Assembly (NCBI GenBank): GCA_023511835.1
Contig: JAIMAT010000003.1
Coordinates: forward strand, 10,933 to 74,932
DNA length: 64,000 nt
Source: Bacillota bacterium
Lineage (GTDB): Bacteria; Bacillota; Sulfobacillia; JAIMAT01
Reading direction: 5' to 3'
A model generated the notes under the pieces. The model was not told the origin of the DNA, did no database searches, and was given only the letters and a program-made list of their open reading frames with translations. Shown here in pieces: positions 44,642 to 54,489 of the stretch. The stretch's first letter is position 1. Each line of letters opens with the position of its first letter. The position numbers and the translations under genes were made by a program.

Positions 44642-45382
44642 ATGAGCAGCTCGGTACGCGTGGTGGTGGCGGGGGCCTCGGGCAGGACCGGCAGCGCGGT
44701 GACCAGGGGCCTTCTCTCCGCCGAGGGCGTCGAGGTGGTGGGGGCCGTCGGCCAGCGCCACGCGGGCGAGCCGCTCAGCGCCTTCACCGGAGTCGCGACG
44801 CCGCTCCAAGTGGAGGCCGACCTGCGCGCCTGCCTGGAGCGCGAGCGCCCGGATGTGCTGGTCGACTTCACGCTTCCCGCGGTGGCGGGGGGCCATGCAC
44901 TCCTCGCGCTGGAACTGGGCGTGCGGCCCATCGTGGGGACGACCGGCCTGGCCGACGAGGAGCTGGAGGCGATCCGCCAGCGCGCGCACGAGCTCCGCCT
45001 GGGGGCCGCGGTCATCCCCAACTTCTCCTTCGGCATCCTTCTCCTCGGCCGCTTCGCGCGCGAGGCGGTCCGCTTCTTCCCCAAGGTGGAGGTCGTGGAG
45101 CTCCACCACGACACCAAGCTGGACGTTCCCTCCGGGACGGCGCTCCACCTCTCCGAGGCGCTGGCGGCGGCGGGGGCCCGGTCGCCCGTACCCATCCACA
45201 GCGTCCGCCTTCCCGGCTTCGTCGCGCGGCATACGCTCATCTTCGGCGGGACGGGGGAGACGCTCACCCTGACGCACGACAGCTCCAGCCGGGACTCCTT
45301 CGCCCCGGGCGTCCTCCTGGCCGTACGGCGCATCCTCCACGTGGACCACGCCGTCTTCGACCTGGCCGAGCTGGCGGGCTGA
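44642..45382 (+). CDS. dapB: 4-hydroxy-tetrahydrodipicolinate reductase
   Basis: GASGRTG, VDFT, GTTG, PNFS, ELHHDTKLDVPSGTA. Confidence 0.95.
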   Translation: MSSSVRVVVAGASGRTGSAVTRGLLSAEGVEVVGAVGQRHAGEPLSAFTGVATPLQVEADLRACLERERPDVLVDFTLPAVAGGHALLALELGVRPIVGTTGLADEELEAIRQRAHELRLGAAVIPNFSFGILLLGRFAREAVRFFPKVEVVELHHDTKLDVPSGTALHLSEALAAAGARSPVPIHSVRLPGFVARHTLIFGGTGETLTLTHDSSSRDSFAPGVLLAVRRILHVDHAVFDLAELAG

Positions 45383-45449
45383 AGGGCCGGCCGCGCGCGC
45401 CGAGCCGGCTGCGTCGGCCGCCGGACAAGGTGCCGGCACCTTTCCCATC

Positions 45450-45476
45450 ACGGCCTCCGCGGCCGCCGCATAGGCT
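45450..45476 (+). promoter_or_regulatory. SigK-like promoter of dpaAB
   Basis: AC-17nt-CATAGGCT fits SigK AC-N16/17-CATANNNT; spoVF is SigK-controlled in B. subtilis. Confidence 0.5.
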
Positions 45477-45513
45477 GCTGGCGCGCGAAGAGCGCTCCGG
45501 GAGGCGGTGGCGG

Positions 45514-46380
45514 GTGGCGCGCGAGCGGGTGGCCTTCCTGGGCGGCGGCCGGCGCGAGGCGGCCGCCGCGGCGAGGCTGCGGGCGGCGGGGCTGGAGACG
45601 GTGGAGATCCGGCGGGCGGCCGGCTGGGACGAGAGCGCGGCCGCCCGGGCCCTGGCGCGGGCGGAGGCGCTGGTCCTGCCCGTGGCCAGCGTCGGTGCGA
45701 GGCTGGAGGCGGACGAAGACGGGAAACCCGCCTGGAGCCTCGACGGCCTGCTGGAGCACCTGCCGGGCGGGGCGCCGCTCCTCTTCGGACGTCGGCCGGA
45801 GGGGGCGGCGCGCCCGCTTTTCGAGCGACTGGCCCGCGACCACCCCCTGCACCCCCTCCTGGAGCGCGACGACTTCGCCTGGCTCAACGCCGTCCCCACC
45901 GCCGAGGGCGCCGTGGTGGCGGCTGCGGAGCAGCTGGAACGGACCATCCGCGGGTCGCGCGCCCTGGTCCTCGGCTACGGCCGCACGGGAAGCACCCTGG
46001 CCCGGCTGCTGGCGGCCATGGGCGCGCGCACGCTGGTGCTGGCGCGCTCGCCCGCGGCGCGGGCGCAGGCGCGCGCCGCAGGCCACGAGGCCGCGCCCGT
46101 GGGCGCGCTCTCGCCGGCGCTGGCGGGCGAGGCCGATCTTCTCTTCAACACCGTGCCCGCTCCGCTCCTGACACCCGACCTCTTCGCCGTCCGCCCGGAG
46201 CTGCCCGTCCTCGACCTGGCCTCGGCGCCGGGCGGCCTCCATCCGGCCCTTCGCGGGCGGCCGCCGCGGGGCTACCGGCTGCTGCCGGCGCTGCCCGAAC
46301 GGTACGCGCCGGCCAGCGCCGGCGAGGCGCTGGCCCAGGTCCTCCTGGAGATCTTGCGGGGGGACGGAGAAAGGGGGTAA
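45514..46380 (+). CDS. dpaA: Dipicolinate synthase subunit A
   Basis: FLGGGRRE, NAVPTAEGA, LGYGRTG, NTVPA, DLASAPGG. Confidence 0.9.
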   Translation: MARERVAFLGGGRREAAAAARLRAAGLETVEIRRAAGWDESAAARALARAEALVLPVASVGARLEADEDGKPAWSLDGLLEHLPGGAPLLFGRRPEGAARPLFERLARDHPLHPLLERDDFAWLNAVPTAEGAVVAAAEQLERTIRGSRALVLGYGRTGSTLARLLAAMGARTLVLARSPAARAQARAAGHEAAPVGALSPALAGEADLLFNTVPAPLLTPDLFAVRPELPVLDLASAPGGLHPALRGRPPRGYRLLPALPERYAPASAGEALAQVLLEILRGDGERG

Positions 46381-46385
46381 GGTGC

Positions 46386-46985
46386 ATGCGATTCCGGGGC
46401 TTGACCGTGGGCTGGGCCCTGACGGGCTCGCACCACACGGTCCCCCAGGTCTTTCCGGTGATGGAGCGGCTCCGGGCGGAGGGGGCCGAGATCATTCCCA
46501 TCCTCTCCCAGACGCTGGCCACCACGAGCACCCGACACGGCGACCCGGAGACGTGGTACCGGCGCATCGTGGAGGCCACGGGCCACCCGCCGCTCACCAC
46601 CATCCCGGAGGTGGAGCCCTTCGGCCCCAACCGGACGCTGGACGTGCTGGCCGTCGTCCCCTGCACGGGCAACACCCTGGCCAAGCTGGCCAACGCCGTC
46701 AACGACACGGCGGTGACCATGGCGGTCAAGGCGCAGCTGCGCAACGGGCGGCCGGTGGTGCTGGGCATCACGACCAACGACGCGCTGGGGCTGAACGCGG
46801 TCAACCTGGGCAGGCTGCTCAACGCCAGGAACGTCTACTTCGTGCCCTTCGGCCAGGACGATCCGTTCGCCAAGCCGAACTCGCTGGTGGCGCACCTCGA
46901 CCTCCTCCCCGAGACGCTGGAGGAGGCGCTGGCGGGGCGGCAGCTCCAGCCGATCCTGCGCGCCTGGCCGGCGGGCGAACGGTGA
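46386..46985 (+). CDS. dpaB: Dipicolinate synthase subunit B
   Basis: ALTGSHHT, EPFGP, PCTGNTLAKLAN, FVPFGQDDP..KPNSL. Confidence 0.96.
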   Translation: MRFRGLTVGWALTGSHHTVPQVFPVMERLRAEGAEIIPILSQTLATTSTRHGDPETWYRRIVEATGHPPLTTIPEVEPFGPNRTLDVLAVVPCTGNTLAKLANAVNDTAVTMAVKAQLRNGRPVVLGITTNDALGLNAVNLGRLLNARNVYFVPFGQDDPFAKPNSLVAHLDLLPETLEEALAGRQLQPILRAWPAGER

Positions 46986-47005
46986 GAAGACGGGAGGTCG
47001 GCGAG

Positions 47006-48028
47006 TTGGAGGGAGTCCGGGTCGGGATCGTCGGCGCCACCGGCGTGGTCGGGCGGACGCTGCTGGAGGTGCTGGAAGAGCGGCGCTTTCCGGTACGCGA
47101 ACTCAGGCCCATGGCGACGGAGCGGTCCGCGGGGAGGCGGGTCCGCTTCCTGGGGGAGGAGCTGGAGGTCCTGGAGGCCGCCCCCGAGCGCTTCGAAGGC
47201 CTGGACCTCGTCTTCATCGCCGCGGGCGACACCGCCAGCCGCGAGCTGGCGCCCGAGGCGGTGCGGCGCGGCGCGGTGGTCGTCGACAAGAGCAACGCCT
47301 TCCGCATGGACGAGGAGGTGCCGCTCGTCGTTCCCGAGGTCAACCCGGGTGCGCTGGAGCATCACCGCGGCATCGTGGCCAGCCCCAACTGCTCCACGAT
47401 CCAGCTGGTGGTGGCGCTGGCGCCGCTCATCCGCGAGGCGGGGGTGGAGCGGGTCTGGGTCTCCACCTATCAAGCAGTCTCCGGCACCGGCCAGCCGGCG
47501 GTGGAGGAGCTGGAACGCGAGGTGCGCGGCTGGCAGGCCGGCTCTCCGCCCGAGCGCTCGCCCTCCAGCCCCTATCCGCATCCCATCGCCTTCAACCTCC
47601 TGCCCCACTGCGACCGCCCCGAGAGCGACGGCTTCACCCGCGAGGAGATGAAGCTCCTCCGCGAGAGCCGGAAGATCCTGGGATTGCCCGGGCTGCGTCT
47701 GAGCGCCACGGCGGTCCGCGTTCCCGTCTTCGTCGGCCACGGCGAGTCGGTGGTCTTCGAGCCCTCGCGGCCGCTCGAGCCGGAACGGGCGCGCGCCCTC
47801 CTGGCCGCGGCGCCGGGCGTCCGCCTGGCGGACGCGCTGGAGGAGGGCGAGTACCCCACGCCGCTCCAGGCGGCCGGGGGGGACGAGGTCTGGGTGGGAC
47901 GGGTGCGGCGCGACCTGGCCCTGGAGGGGGCGCTGGACCTCTGGATCGTGGCGGACAACCTGCGCAAAGGCGCCGCCACCAACGCCGTCCAGATCGCCGA
48001 GCTCCTCCTCGAGAGCGGCCGGCTCTGA
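47006..48028 (+). CDS. asd: Aspartate-semialdehyde dehydrogenase
   Basis: VGATGVVG, SPNCSTIQ, STYQAVSG, DNLRKGAATNAVQIAE. Confidence 0.97.
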   Translation: MEGVRVGIVGATGVVGRTLLEVLEERRFPVRELRPMATERSAGRRVRFLGEELEVLEAAPERFEGLDLVFIAAGDTASRELAPEAVRRGAVVVDKSNAFRMDEEVPLVVPEVNPGALEHHRGIVASPNCSTIQLVVALAPLIREAGVERVWVSTYQAVSGTGQPAVEELEREVRGWQAGSPPERSPSSPYPHPIAFNLLPHCDRPESDGFTREEMKLLRESRKILGLPGLRLSATAVRVPVFVGHGESVVFEPSRPLEPERARALLAAAPGVRLADALEEGEYPTPLQAAGGDEVWVGRVRRDLALEGALDLWIVADNLRKGAATNAVQIAELLLESGRL

Positions 48029-48048
48029 GCCGGCGGGAGGCGTGCCCG

Positions 48049-49320
48049 TTGCGCATCCTCGTCCAGAAGTTCGGCGGCACGTCGGTCTCCGACGGCGAGC
48101 GGCGGGCGCACGTGGTCCGCCGGATCCGCGCCGCGCTGGCGGCGGGCTTCCAGCCCGTGATCGTCGTCTCGGCCATGGGCCGGCGCGGCGATCCCTACGC
48201 CACCGACACGCTCCTCGACCAGGTGCGCTCCGTCGAGCCCGAACCCGACGCCCGCGAGGAGGATCTGATGATCTCCTGCGGCGAGGTGATCTCCGCCGTC
48301 CTCCTCTCGGCCACGCTGCGCCGGGAGGGGGTGGGCCGGCCGCTGACGCTGACGGGCGGGCAGAGCGGCATCCTGACCGACGACCACTTCGGCGACGCAC
48401 GCATCCTCCGCGTCGACCCGGCGCCGCTCCACCGGCGGCTGGAGCAGGGCCTGCTGCCGGTGGTGACGGGTTTCCAGGGCGTCACGGAGAGCGGCGAGGT
48501 GACCACGCTCGGGCGCGGCGGCAGCGATACCACCGCCGCCGCGTTGGGCGTGGCGCTCCGCGCCGAGGAGGTGGAGATCTACTCGGACGTGGAGGGGGTG
48601 ATGACCGCCGACCCCCGCATCGTGCCCGACGCGCGCACGCTCCGCGTCCTCACCTACGAGGAAGTCCTGCAGATGGCGGACCTGGGCAGCCGCATCGTCC
48701 ACCCGCGCGCCGTCGAGCTGGCCATGCAGGGGAACGTGCCGCTGCGCATCCGCAGCACCTTCTCCGACCATCCGGGCACGCGCATCACCCACGCCTTCGA
48801 GAGCGCCGGCGCCTGGCCGGACCTCTACGGCGGCCGCATCATCACCGGCGTCGCGCACATGCCGGACATGTGCCTGGTCCGCGTCGAGGGCCTGCCGGCC
48901 GGGCCGGAGAGGGCGGGCGGCGGGCGGGGCGACGACTCGGGCGCCGTCAACCGCCGCATCTTCCGCCCCCTGGCCGAGGCGGGCGTCAGCGTCGACCTGA
49001 TCAACGTCTCGCCCGAGCGCCGCTCCTTTATCGTGCGGGAGGCGGAGGCGGAGAAGACGCGAAAGATTCTCGAGTCGGAGGGCTTCCAGGTCGAGCTCCT
49101 GCACGACTGCGCCAAGGTCTCCGTGGTGGGGGCCGGCATGCGCGGCCTGCCGGGCGTCATGGCGCGCGTGGTGGAGGCGCTGGCCGAGCGCGGGATCGAG
49201 ATCCTGCAGACGGCCGACTCGCACGTCACCATCTCCTGCCTGGTCCGCGGCGACCAGATGGAGGAGGCGGTGCGGGCGCTCCACCGGGCGTTCGACCTGG
49301 GAGGAGAGCGGAACGCCTGA
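48049..49320 (+). CDS. dapG: Aspartate kinase I
   Basis: VQKFGGTSV, SAMGR.GDPYATDTLL, TTLGRGGSD, ACT domains. Confidence 0.95.
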   Translation: MRILVQKFGGTSVSDGERRAHVVRRIRAALAAGFQPVIVVSAMGRRGDPYATDTLLDQVRSVEPEPDAREEDLMISCGEVISAVLLSATLRREGVGRPLTLTGGQSGILTDDHFGDARILRVDPAPLHRRLEQGLLPVVTGFQGVTESGEVTTLGRGGSDTTAAALGVALRAEEVEIYSDVEGVMTADPRIVPDARTLRVLTYEEVLQMADLGSRIVHPRAVELAMQGNVPLRIRSTFSDHPGTRITHAFESAGAWPDLYGGRIITGVAHMPDMCLVRVEGLPAGPERAGGGRGDDSGAVNRRIFRPLAEAGVSVDLINVSPERRSFIVREAEAEKTRKILESEGFQVELLHDCAKVSVVGAGMRGLPGVMARVVEALAERGIEILQTADSHVTISCLVRGDQMEEAVRALHRAFDLGGERNA

Positions 49321-49366
49321 GGGCCCCGAGCGCCCGAGGGCGGAGGCCCGGAGGGAGGGGTGGAGG

Positions 49367-50263
49367 ATGGCCGAGCCGAGGCTTCCGGGAAGGGTGACCG
49401 TCGCCCTGGTCAGCCCGTTCGACGAGAGGGGCGAGCTCTGGCCGGAGCGGGCTGCCGAGCTGGCGCGGAAGCTCCTGGCCGAGGGCGCCGACGGCTTCCT
49501 GGTCGGGGGCAGCACCGCCGAATCGCCCACGCTCTCCGACGAGGAGCTGGAGCGGCTGGTGGCGGCCGTCCGCGAGGCGGTGGGCGGGCGCGCCCCCGTC
49601 TACGTGGGCAGCGGCAACTACGACACGCGCGCCAGCGTCCGGCGCAGCCGCCTGGCGGAGCGCTGGGGGGCGGACGGGCTGATGCTGGTGACGCCCTACT
49701 ACAACAAGCCGCCCCAGGAAGGGCTCTACCGCCACTTCCGCACCGTCGCCGAGAGCGTCTCGCTCCCCGTCATGCTCTACAACGTCCCCGGGCGCACCTC
49801 GGTCAACCTGGCCCCGGAGACGGTGGCCCGGCTGGTCGCGGACGTGCCCAACATCGTGGCGCTGAAGCAGGCCTCGGCCAGCTTCGACGAGACGTCGGAG
49901 ATCGTGGCGCGGACGGAGGGGCGGCTGGCCGTGTACAGCGGCGACGACTCGCTCACCCTGCCCATGCTGGCGGTGGGGGCGAAGGGCGTGGTCAGCGTCT
50001 CGGGCCACCTGGTGGCCGGGCGCCTGGCGGCCATGATCGAGGCCTTCCAGAGGGGCGAGAACGGGGAGGCGCGCCGCATCCACCTGCAGCTCCTGCCGCT
50101 TCACCGGGCGCTCTTCGTCACCACCAACCCCATCCCCCTCAAGTGGGCGCTGGGTCGGGTGGGCTTCCCGGTGGGCGAGTGCCGGCCCCCGCTTTCGCCG
50201 CTGCCGGAGACGGCGCAGCGCGTGGTCGAGGCGGCGCTGCGCGAGACGGGTCTGGTCGCCTGA
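49367..50263 (+). CDS. dapA: 4-hydroxy-tetrahydrodipicolinate synthase
   Basis: GSTAESPTL, PYYNKP, LYNVPGRT, ALKQA, YSGDD, TNPIP. Confidence 0.96.
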   Translation: MAEPRLPGRVTVALVSPFDERGELWPERAAELARKLLAEGADGFLVGGSTAESPTLSDEELERLVAAVREAVGGRAPVYVGSGNYDTRASVRRSRLAERWGADGLMLVTPYYNKPPQEGLYRHFRTVAESVSLPVMLYNVPGRTSVNLAPETVARLVADVPNIVALKQASASFDETSEIVARTEGRLAVYSGDDSLTLPMLAVGAKGVVSVSGHLVAGRLAAMIEAFQRGENGEARRIHLQLLPLHRALFVTTNPIPLKWALGRVGFPVGECRPPLSPLPETAQRVVEAALRETGLVA

Positions 50264-50292
50264 GCGGCACCGGGGGTGGGAGCCCCGCTTCC

Positions 50293-50321
50293 TTGTGGGG
50301 GTGGAGGCGGGGCACTATAAT
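50293..50321 (+). promoter_or_regulatory. SigA-type promoter of rnj
   Basis: TTGTGG-17nt-TATAAT. Confidence 0.7.
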
Positions 50322-50378
50322 ACCCCGCGACGACTTGGGCGGACGGAAGAATACGAAAGCCAGTGAGGTGGGGTCGGA

Positions 50379-52091
50379 ATAGCCAAAAGCCGACGGCCTC
50401 GCCGCGGTCGTTCGCGTGCCGGGAACGGCCGGGGCGAGCCCCTCAAGATCATCCCGCTGGGCGGTCTGGGCGAGATCGGGAAGAACATGACCCTCTTCGA
50501 GTACGGCGACGACATCGTCATCGACGACGCCGGACTCGCCTTCCCCGAGGACGAGATGCTGGGGATCGACCTGGTCATCCCCGACTTTACCTACCTCAAG
50601 GAACATCGCGAGAAGGTGCGCGGGCTGGTCATCACCCACGGGCACGAGGACCACGTGGGCGCCGTGCCTTACCTGCTCCGCGAGATCCCGGTCCCGGTCT
50701 TCGCCTCCCGCCTGGCGCTGGGCCTCATCGAGGAGAAGCTGGCGGAGCACCACCTGCAGCTGCCCGAGGGATCCCGGGTCTATGCCCCGGGCGACCGCAT
50801 CTCCCTGGGGCAGAACTTCGTGGTCGAGCCTTTCCGCGTCAACCACTCCATTCCCGACGCCTACGGGCTCGCCATCCGCACCCCGGTCGGCATTGTGGTC
50901 CACACCGGCGACTTCAAGATCGACATGACGCCGGTGGACGGGCGCGTGGCAGACCTGCAGCGCCTCGCCGAGCTGGGGCGCGAGCAGGTGCTGGTGCTCA
51001 TGTCGGACAGCACCAACGCCGAGCGGGCCGGCTACACGCCGTCCGAGAAGACGGTGGGCCAGGTGCTCGACCGGGTGATGGGCACCGCCCCCGGCCGCGT
51101 GCTGGTCGCCACCTTCGCCTCGAACGTCCACCGCATCCAGCAGGTGATCGACGCCGCCGTCCACCACCACCGGCACGTGGCGGTGGTCGGGCGGAGCATG
51201 GAGAACACGGTCCAGGTGGCGCTGGAGCTGGGCTACCTCAACGTCAAGCCGGGCGCCCTGATCAGCATCGAGGAGATCAAGCGCTACAAGGGGCACCAGC
51301 TGGCCATCCTGACCACGGGCAGCCAGGGGGAGCCGCTCTCCGCCCTGACGCGCATGGCCACGGGCAGCCACCGCTGGGTCGAGATCGTCCCCGGGGACAC
51401 GGTCGTCATCTCCGCCTCGCCCATCCCCGGGAACGAGACCATGATCTACCGGACGGTGGACAACCTCTACCACCTGGGCGCCGACGTCATCTACGGGCTG
51501 GAGAACGGCGTCCACGTCTCCGGCCACGCCAGCCAGGAGGAGCTGAAGCTGATGCTCAACCTGGTGCGGCCGCGCTACTTCATCCCCGTCCACGGCGAGT
51601 GGCGCCACCTGATCCGGCACGGCCGGCTGGCGGAGAGCGTGGGCATCCCGCCCGAGAACGTCCTCATCGGCGAGAACGGCTCGGTCTTCGAGATCCGGCC
51701 CGAGGGCGCGCGCATCAACGGCAAGGTGGCCGCGGGCGACGTCCTCATCGACGGCCTCGGCGTCGGCGACGTGGGTGCCATCGTCCTCCGCGACAGGAAG
51801 CAGCTCTCCCAGGACGGCGTCCTCATCGTCGTGGTCACCATGGACCGCCAGAACCATCAGGTGGTGGGCGGACCGGACGTGGTCTCGCGCGGCTTCGTCT
51901 ACGTGCGCGAGTCGGAGCCGCTGATGGAGGAGCTGAAACAGAAGGTCAGCCAGGCGCTGGCGACCTGCCAGGCGCAGGGCGTGACGGACTGGAACGGGAT
52001 CAAGGCGGCCGTCCGCGACGAGGCGGGGCGCTTCCTCTTCGACCGGACCCGCCGGCGGCCCATGATCCTGCCCATCATCGTGGAGGTGTGA
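50379..52091 (+). CDS. rnj: Ribonuclease J (probable ATA start at 50379)
   Basis: LKIIPLGGLGEIGKNM, THGHEDH, HTGDFK, TGSQGE, HVSGH, RRPMILP. Confidence 0.96.
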   Translation: MAKSRRPRRGRSRAGNGRGEPLKIIPLGGLGEIGKNMTLFEYGDDIVIDDAGLAFPEDEMLGIDLVIPDFTYLKEHREKVRGLVITHGHEDHVGAVPYLLREIPVPVFASRLALGLIEEKLAEHHLQLPEGSRVYAPGDRISLGQNFVVEPFRVNHSIPDAYGLAIRTPVGIVVHTGDFKIDMTPVDGRVADLQRLAELGREQVLVLMSDSTNAERAGYTPSEKTVGQVLDRVMGTAPGRVLVATFASNVHRIQQVIDAAVHHHRHVAVVGRSMENTVQVALELGYLNVKPGALISIEEIKRYKGHQLAILTTGSQGEPLSALTRMATGSHRWVEIVPGDTVVISASPIPGNETMIYRTVDNLYHLGADVIYGLENGVHVSGHASQEELKLMLNLVRPRYFIPVHGEWRHLIRHGRLAESVGIPPENVLIGENGSVFEIRPEGARINGKVAAGDVLIDGLGVGDVGAIVLRDRKQLSQDGVLIVVVTMDRQNHQVVGGPDVVSRGFVYVRESEPLMEELKQKVSQALATCQAQGVTDWNGIKAAVRDEAGRFLFDRTRRRPMILPIIVEV

Positions 52092-53596
52092 GCGTCAGGA
52101 GCGCCATCATCCTCTCCGCCTTCGAGCGCTACCGCCCGCTGGTGGACGACTGGGAGGCCTTCGCCGCCGCCCTGGCGCGACCCCAGCCGCCGGCGCTTCG
52201 TGCCAACCGGCTGCGGGTCGAGCCGGAGGCGCTCGGCCGGCGGCTGGAGGGCCGCGGCTTCCGCCTGGCGCCCTACGCCTGGGCGCCGGAGGTGATGCGG
52301 GTGGAGGGCGGGCCCTGCCCGCCCGGGACCACGCTGGAGCACTGGCTGGGCCTCTTCTACCTCCAGGAGGCGGCCGCCGCCGTGCCGGTGGTCGCCCTCG
52401 ACCCCCGGCCGGGCGAGCGCGTCCTGGACCTGAGCGCGGCGCCCGGAGGCAAGAGCACGCAGATCGCCGAGCGGGTGGGACCCTCGGGCATGGTGGTGGC
52501 CAACGAGGCCGACCCCTCCCGCGCCGGCTGGCTCCTGGCCAACCTGGGCCGCATGGGCGCCACCTCGGTGGTGGTGACGGTGGGCGACGGGCGCCGCTTC
52601 CCGCCCGGTCTCGCCTTCGACCGGGCGCTGGTGGATGCCCCCTGCTCGGGGGAGGGGAACGCCCGTCGCGACCCGCGGCCGCGGCAGAGGCCGTCCGCCG
52701 GCCGGCTCCGCCACCTGGTGGCGGTGCAGGAGGCGCTCCTCCGCTCCGCCCTGGCCCGGGTCCGGCCCGGCGGGGTGGTGGTCTACTCCACCTGCACCTT
52801 CGCTCCCGAGGAGGACGAGGCGGTGGTGGACGCGGTCCTGCGGGCCGCGGGCGGCAGCGTGGAGGTGGAGGAGCTGCCGGAGGGGCTGCCGGGGGTAGCG
52901 GGTACCGGCGCCTGGGAGGGCGCCCGCTTCCTGCCCGACGTGCGCCGCGCGCGGCGCATCTACCCGCACCACCTCGACTCCGGCGGCATGTTCGTGGCCC
53001 GGCTGCGGCTCGTGGCGCCGGTCCCCTGGGCCGGGGAGGAGGGGTCCGCGGGCGGGGAGGAGCCCGACGAGGCGGGCGGGGAGGAGCCTGACCAGGCGGC
53101 GGCCCGCGAGGTGGCCGGCTGGCTGGAGGAGTGGTTCGGCATCCCGCCGGACGCCTTCCGCGGGCTCCACGTCTACCGGAGCGGCGAGCGGACCTGGCTC
53201 TCCAGCCTGCCCCGTCTCCCCCGCTGGCGGGAGCGGTGGGCGGCGGGGCTGCCCTTGGCCCACTGGACGGGGCGCCACTGGTGGCCCTCGGGCTACGCGC
53301 TCCACCGCCTGGGAGCGCTGGCCCGGCGGCAGGCGGTCGACCTGGAGGCGGCGGAACTGCGCGCCCTCCTGGAGGGTCGCGCCATCCCGCCGCCGGCGCG
53401 GGAGGCGGGCGAGCCGCTCCGCCGCGGCCTCGTCCTCCTCCGCTACGCGGGCGCCGGCCTGGGGCTGGCGCGTTTCGACGGCGGACTCCTGCACGCCGCC
53501 CTGGCGCGCGAGCGGGCGCGCCAGCTGCTGGCCGTCCTGGACCAGCCGGGCGGCCTGCCGGACAGGCTGCCGGAGCCGCCCGGCCGGACCGGCTAG
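52088..53596 (+). CDS. RsmB/RsmF/NOP2-family RNA m5C methyltransferase
   Basis: LDLSAAPGGKST, VDAPCSGEG, VYSTCT. Confidence 0.88.
   Translation: MSVRSAIILSAFERYRPLVDDWEAFAAALARPQPPALRANRLRVEPEALGRRLEGRGFRLAPYAWAPEVMRVEGGPCPPGTTLEHWLGLFYLQEAAAAVPVVALDPRPGERVLDLSAAPGGKSTQIAERVGPSGMVVANEADPSRAGWLLANLGRMGATSVVVTVGDGRRFPPGLAFDRALVDAPCSGEGNARRDPRPRQRPSAGRLRHLVAVQEALLRSALARVRPGGVVVYSTCTFAPEEDEAVVDAVLRAAGGSVEVEELPEGLPGVAGTGAWEGARFLPDVRRARRIYPHHLDSGGMFVARLRLVAPVPWAGEEGSAGGEEPDEAGGEEPDQAAAREVAGWLEEWFGIPPDAFRGLHVYRSGERTWLSSLPRLPRWRERWAAGLPLAHWTGRHWWPSGYALHRLGALARRQAVDLEAAELRALLEGRAIPPPAREAGEPLRRGLVLLRYAGAGLGLARFDGGLLHAALARERARQLLAVLDQPGGLPDRLPEPPGRTG
53048..53095 (+). repeat. In-frame tandem 24-bp duplication (AGGEEPDE/AGGEEPDQ)
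   Basis: GCGGGCGGGGAGGAGCC(C/T)GAC(G/C)AG twice. Confidence 0.8.
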
Positions 53597-54489
53597 GCCG
53601 GGGGCCGCGGGCGGTCCGGTCCCAGGGAGAGGATGTAGCTCGACTCGTCCAGCTCCCCGTGCCCCTCGCGCCAGGCGCCGTAGGGCGCCTCGGCGGCCGA
53701 GGCCAGCGGCACGGGCTGCTCCAGCTCGCGGGCCAGCTCCAGCGCCAGCTCCAGGTCCTTGAAGCGGTTGGCCACGGAGAAGCCGGGCCGGAAGCCCTCT
53801 CGCCCGAAGCGCTCCAGCATCTTGTCCAGCTCGTAGCTGGCGGCCGAGCCGTTCTGCATCACCTCGGCCAGCGCCTCCAGGCCCAGGCCGGCGCGCAGCC
53901 CCAGCTGGATCCCCTCCGCCGAGGCCATGAGCGTCAGGCAGGAGACGAGGTTGGAGACGGCCTTCAGTGCCTGCCCCTGGCCGGTCTCGCCCACGCGGAG
54001 GATGCGCCGCCCGGTCCTGCGCAGAAGGGGCAGGGCGCGCCGGTAGGCTTCCTCCGGACCGCCCACCATGATGGTCAGCCGCGCCTCGCGGGCGCCCACG
54101 TCGCCGCCCGTCACCGGCGCGTCGCACCAGGCGGCGCCGCGGCGCGCCGCCTCCGCCGCCAGCTCCAGCGTCAGGCGGCGGGAGACGGTGGAGTGGTCAA
54201 CCACCAGACTCCCCGGGCCGAGTCCGGCCAGGAAGCCCTCCCCACCCGTGGCGACGGCGCGCAGCGCGGCGTCGTCGCTGACCATGGTGAAGACGAACTC
54301 CGCGCCCTCGGCCGCCGCGCGGGGGGTGGCCGCCACGCGCGCCCCCGCCGCCGCCAGCGGCTCGGCGCGGCCGGGCGTCCGGTTGTAGACCGTCAGCTCC
54401 ACCTCCGGCGGTTCCGGGCCGCGCAGCAGGTTGAGCGCCATGGCCTGGCCCATGATGCCCAGGCCGATAAAGGCCGCGCGCACGCTCAC
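53593..54489 (-). CDS. NAD(P)-dependent beta-hydroxyacid dehydrogenase (3-hydroxyisobutyrate/tartronate semialdehyde family)
   Basis: FIGLGIMG, YNRT, DHST, DAPVTGG, ALKAVSN. Confidence 0.9.
   Translation of the reverse strand: MSVRAAFIGLGIMGQAMALNLLRGPEPPEVELTVYNRTPGRAEPLAAAGARVAATPRAAAEGAEFVFTMVSDDAALRAVATGGEGFLAGLGPGSLVVDHSTVSRRLTLELAAEAARRGAAWCDAPVTGGDVGAREARLTIMVGGPEEAYRRALPLLRRTGRRILRVGETGQGQALKAVSNLVSCLTLMASAEGIQLGLRAGLGLEALAEVMQNGSAASYELDKMLERFGREGFRPGFSVANRFKDLELALELARELEQPVPLASAAEAPYGAWREGHGELDESSYILSLGPDRPRPPA

Noticed and set aside
50363-53596. 1077-aa ORF suggesting an extended methyltransferase
   Set aside because: The first half is an off-frame read of rnj; the real gene starts at GTG 52088
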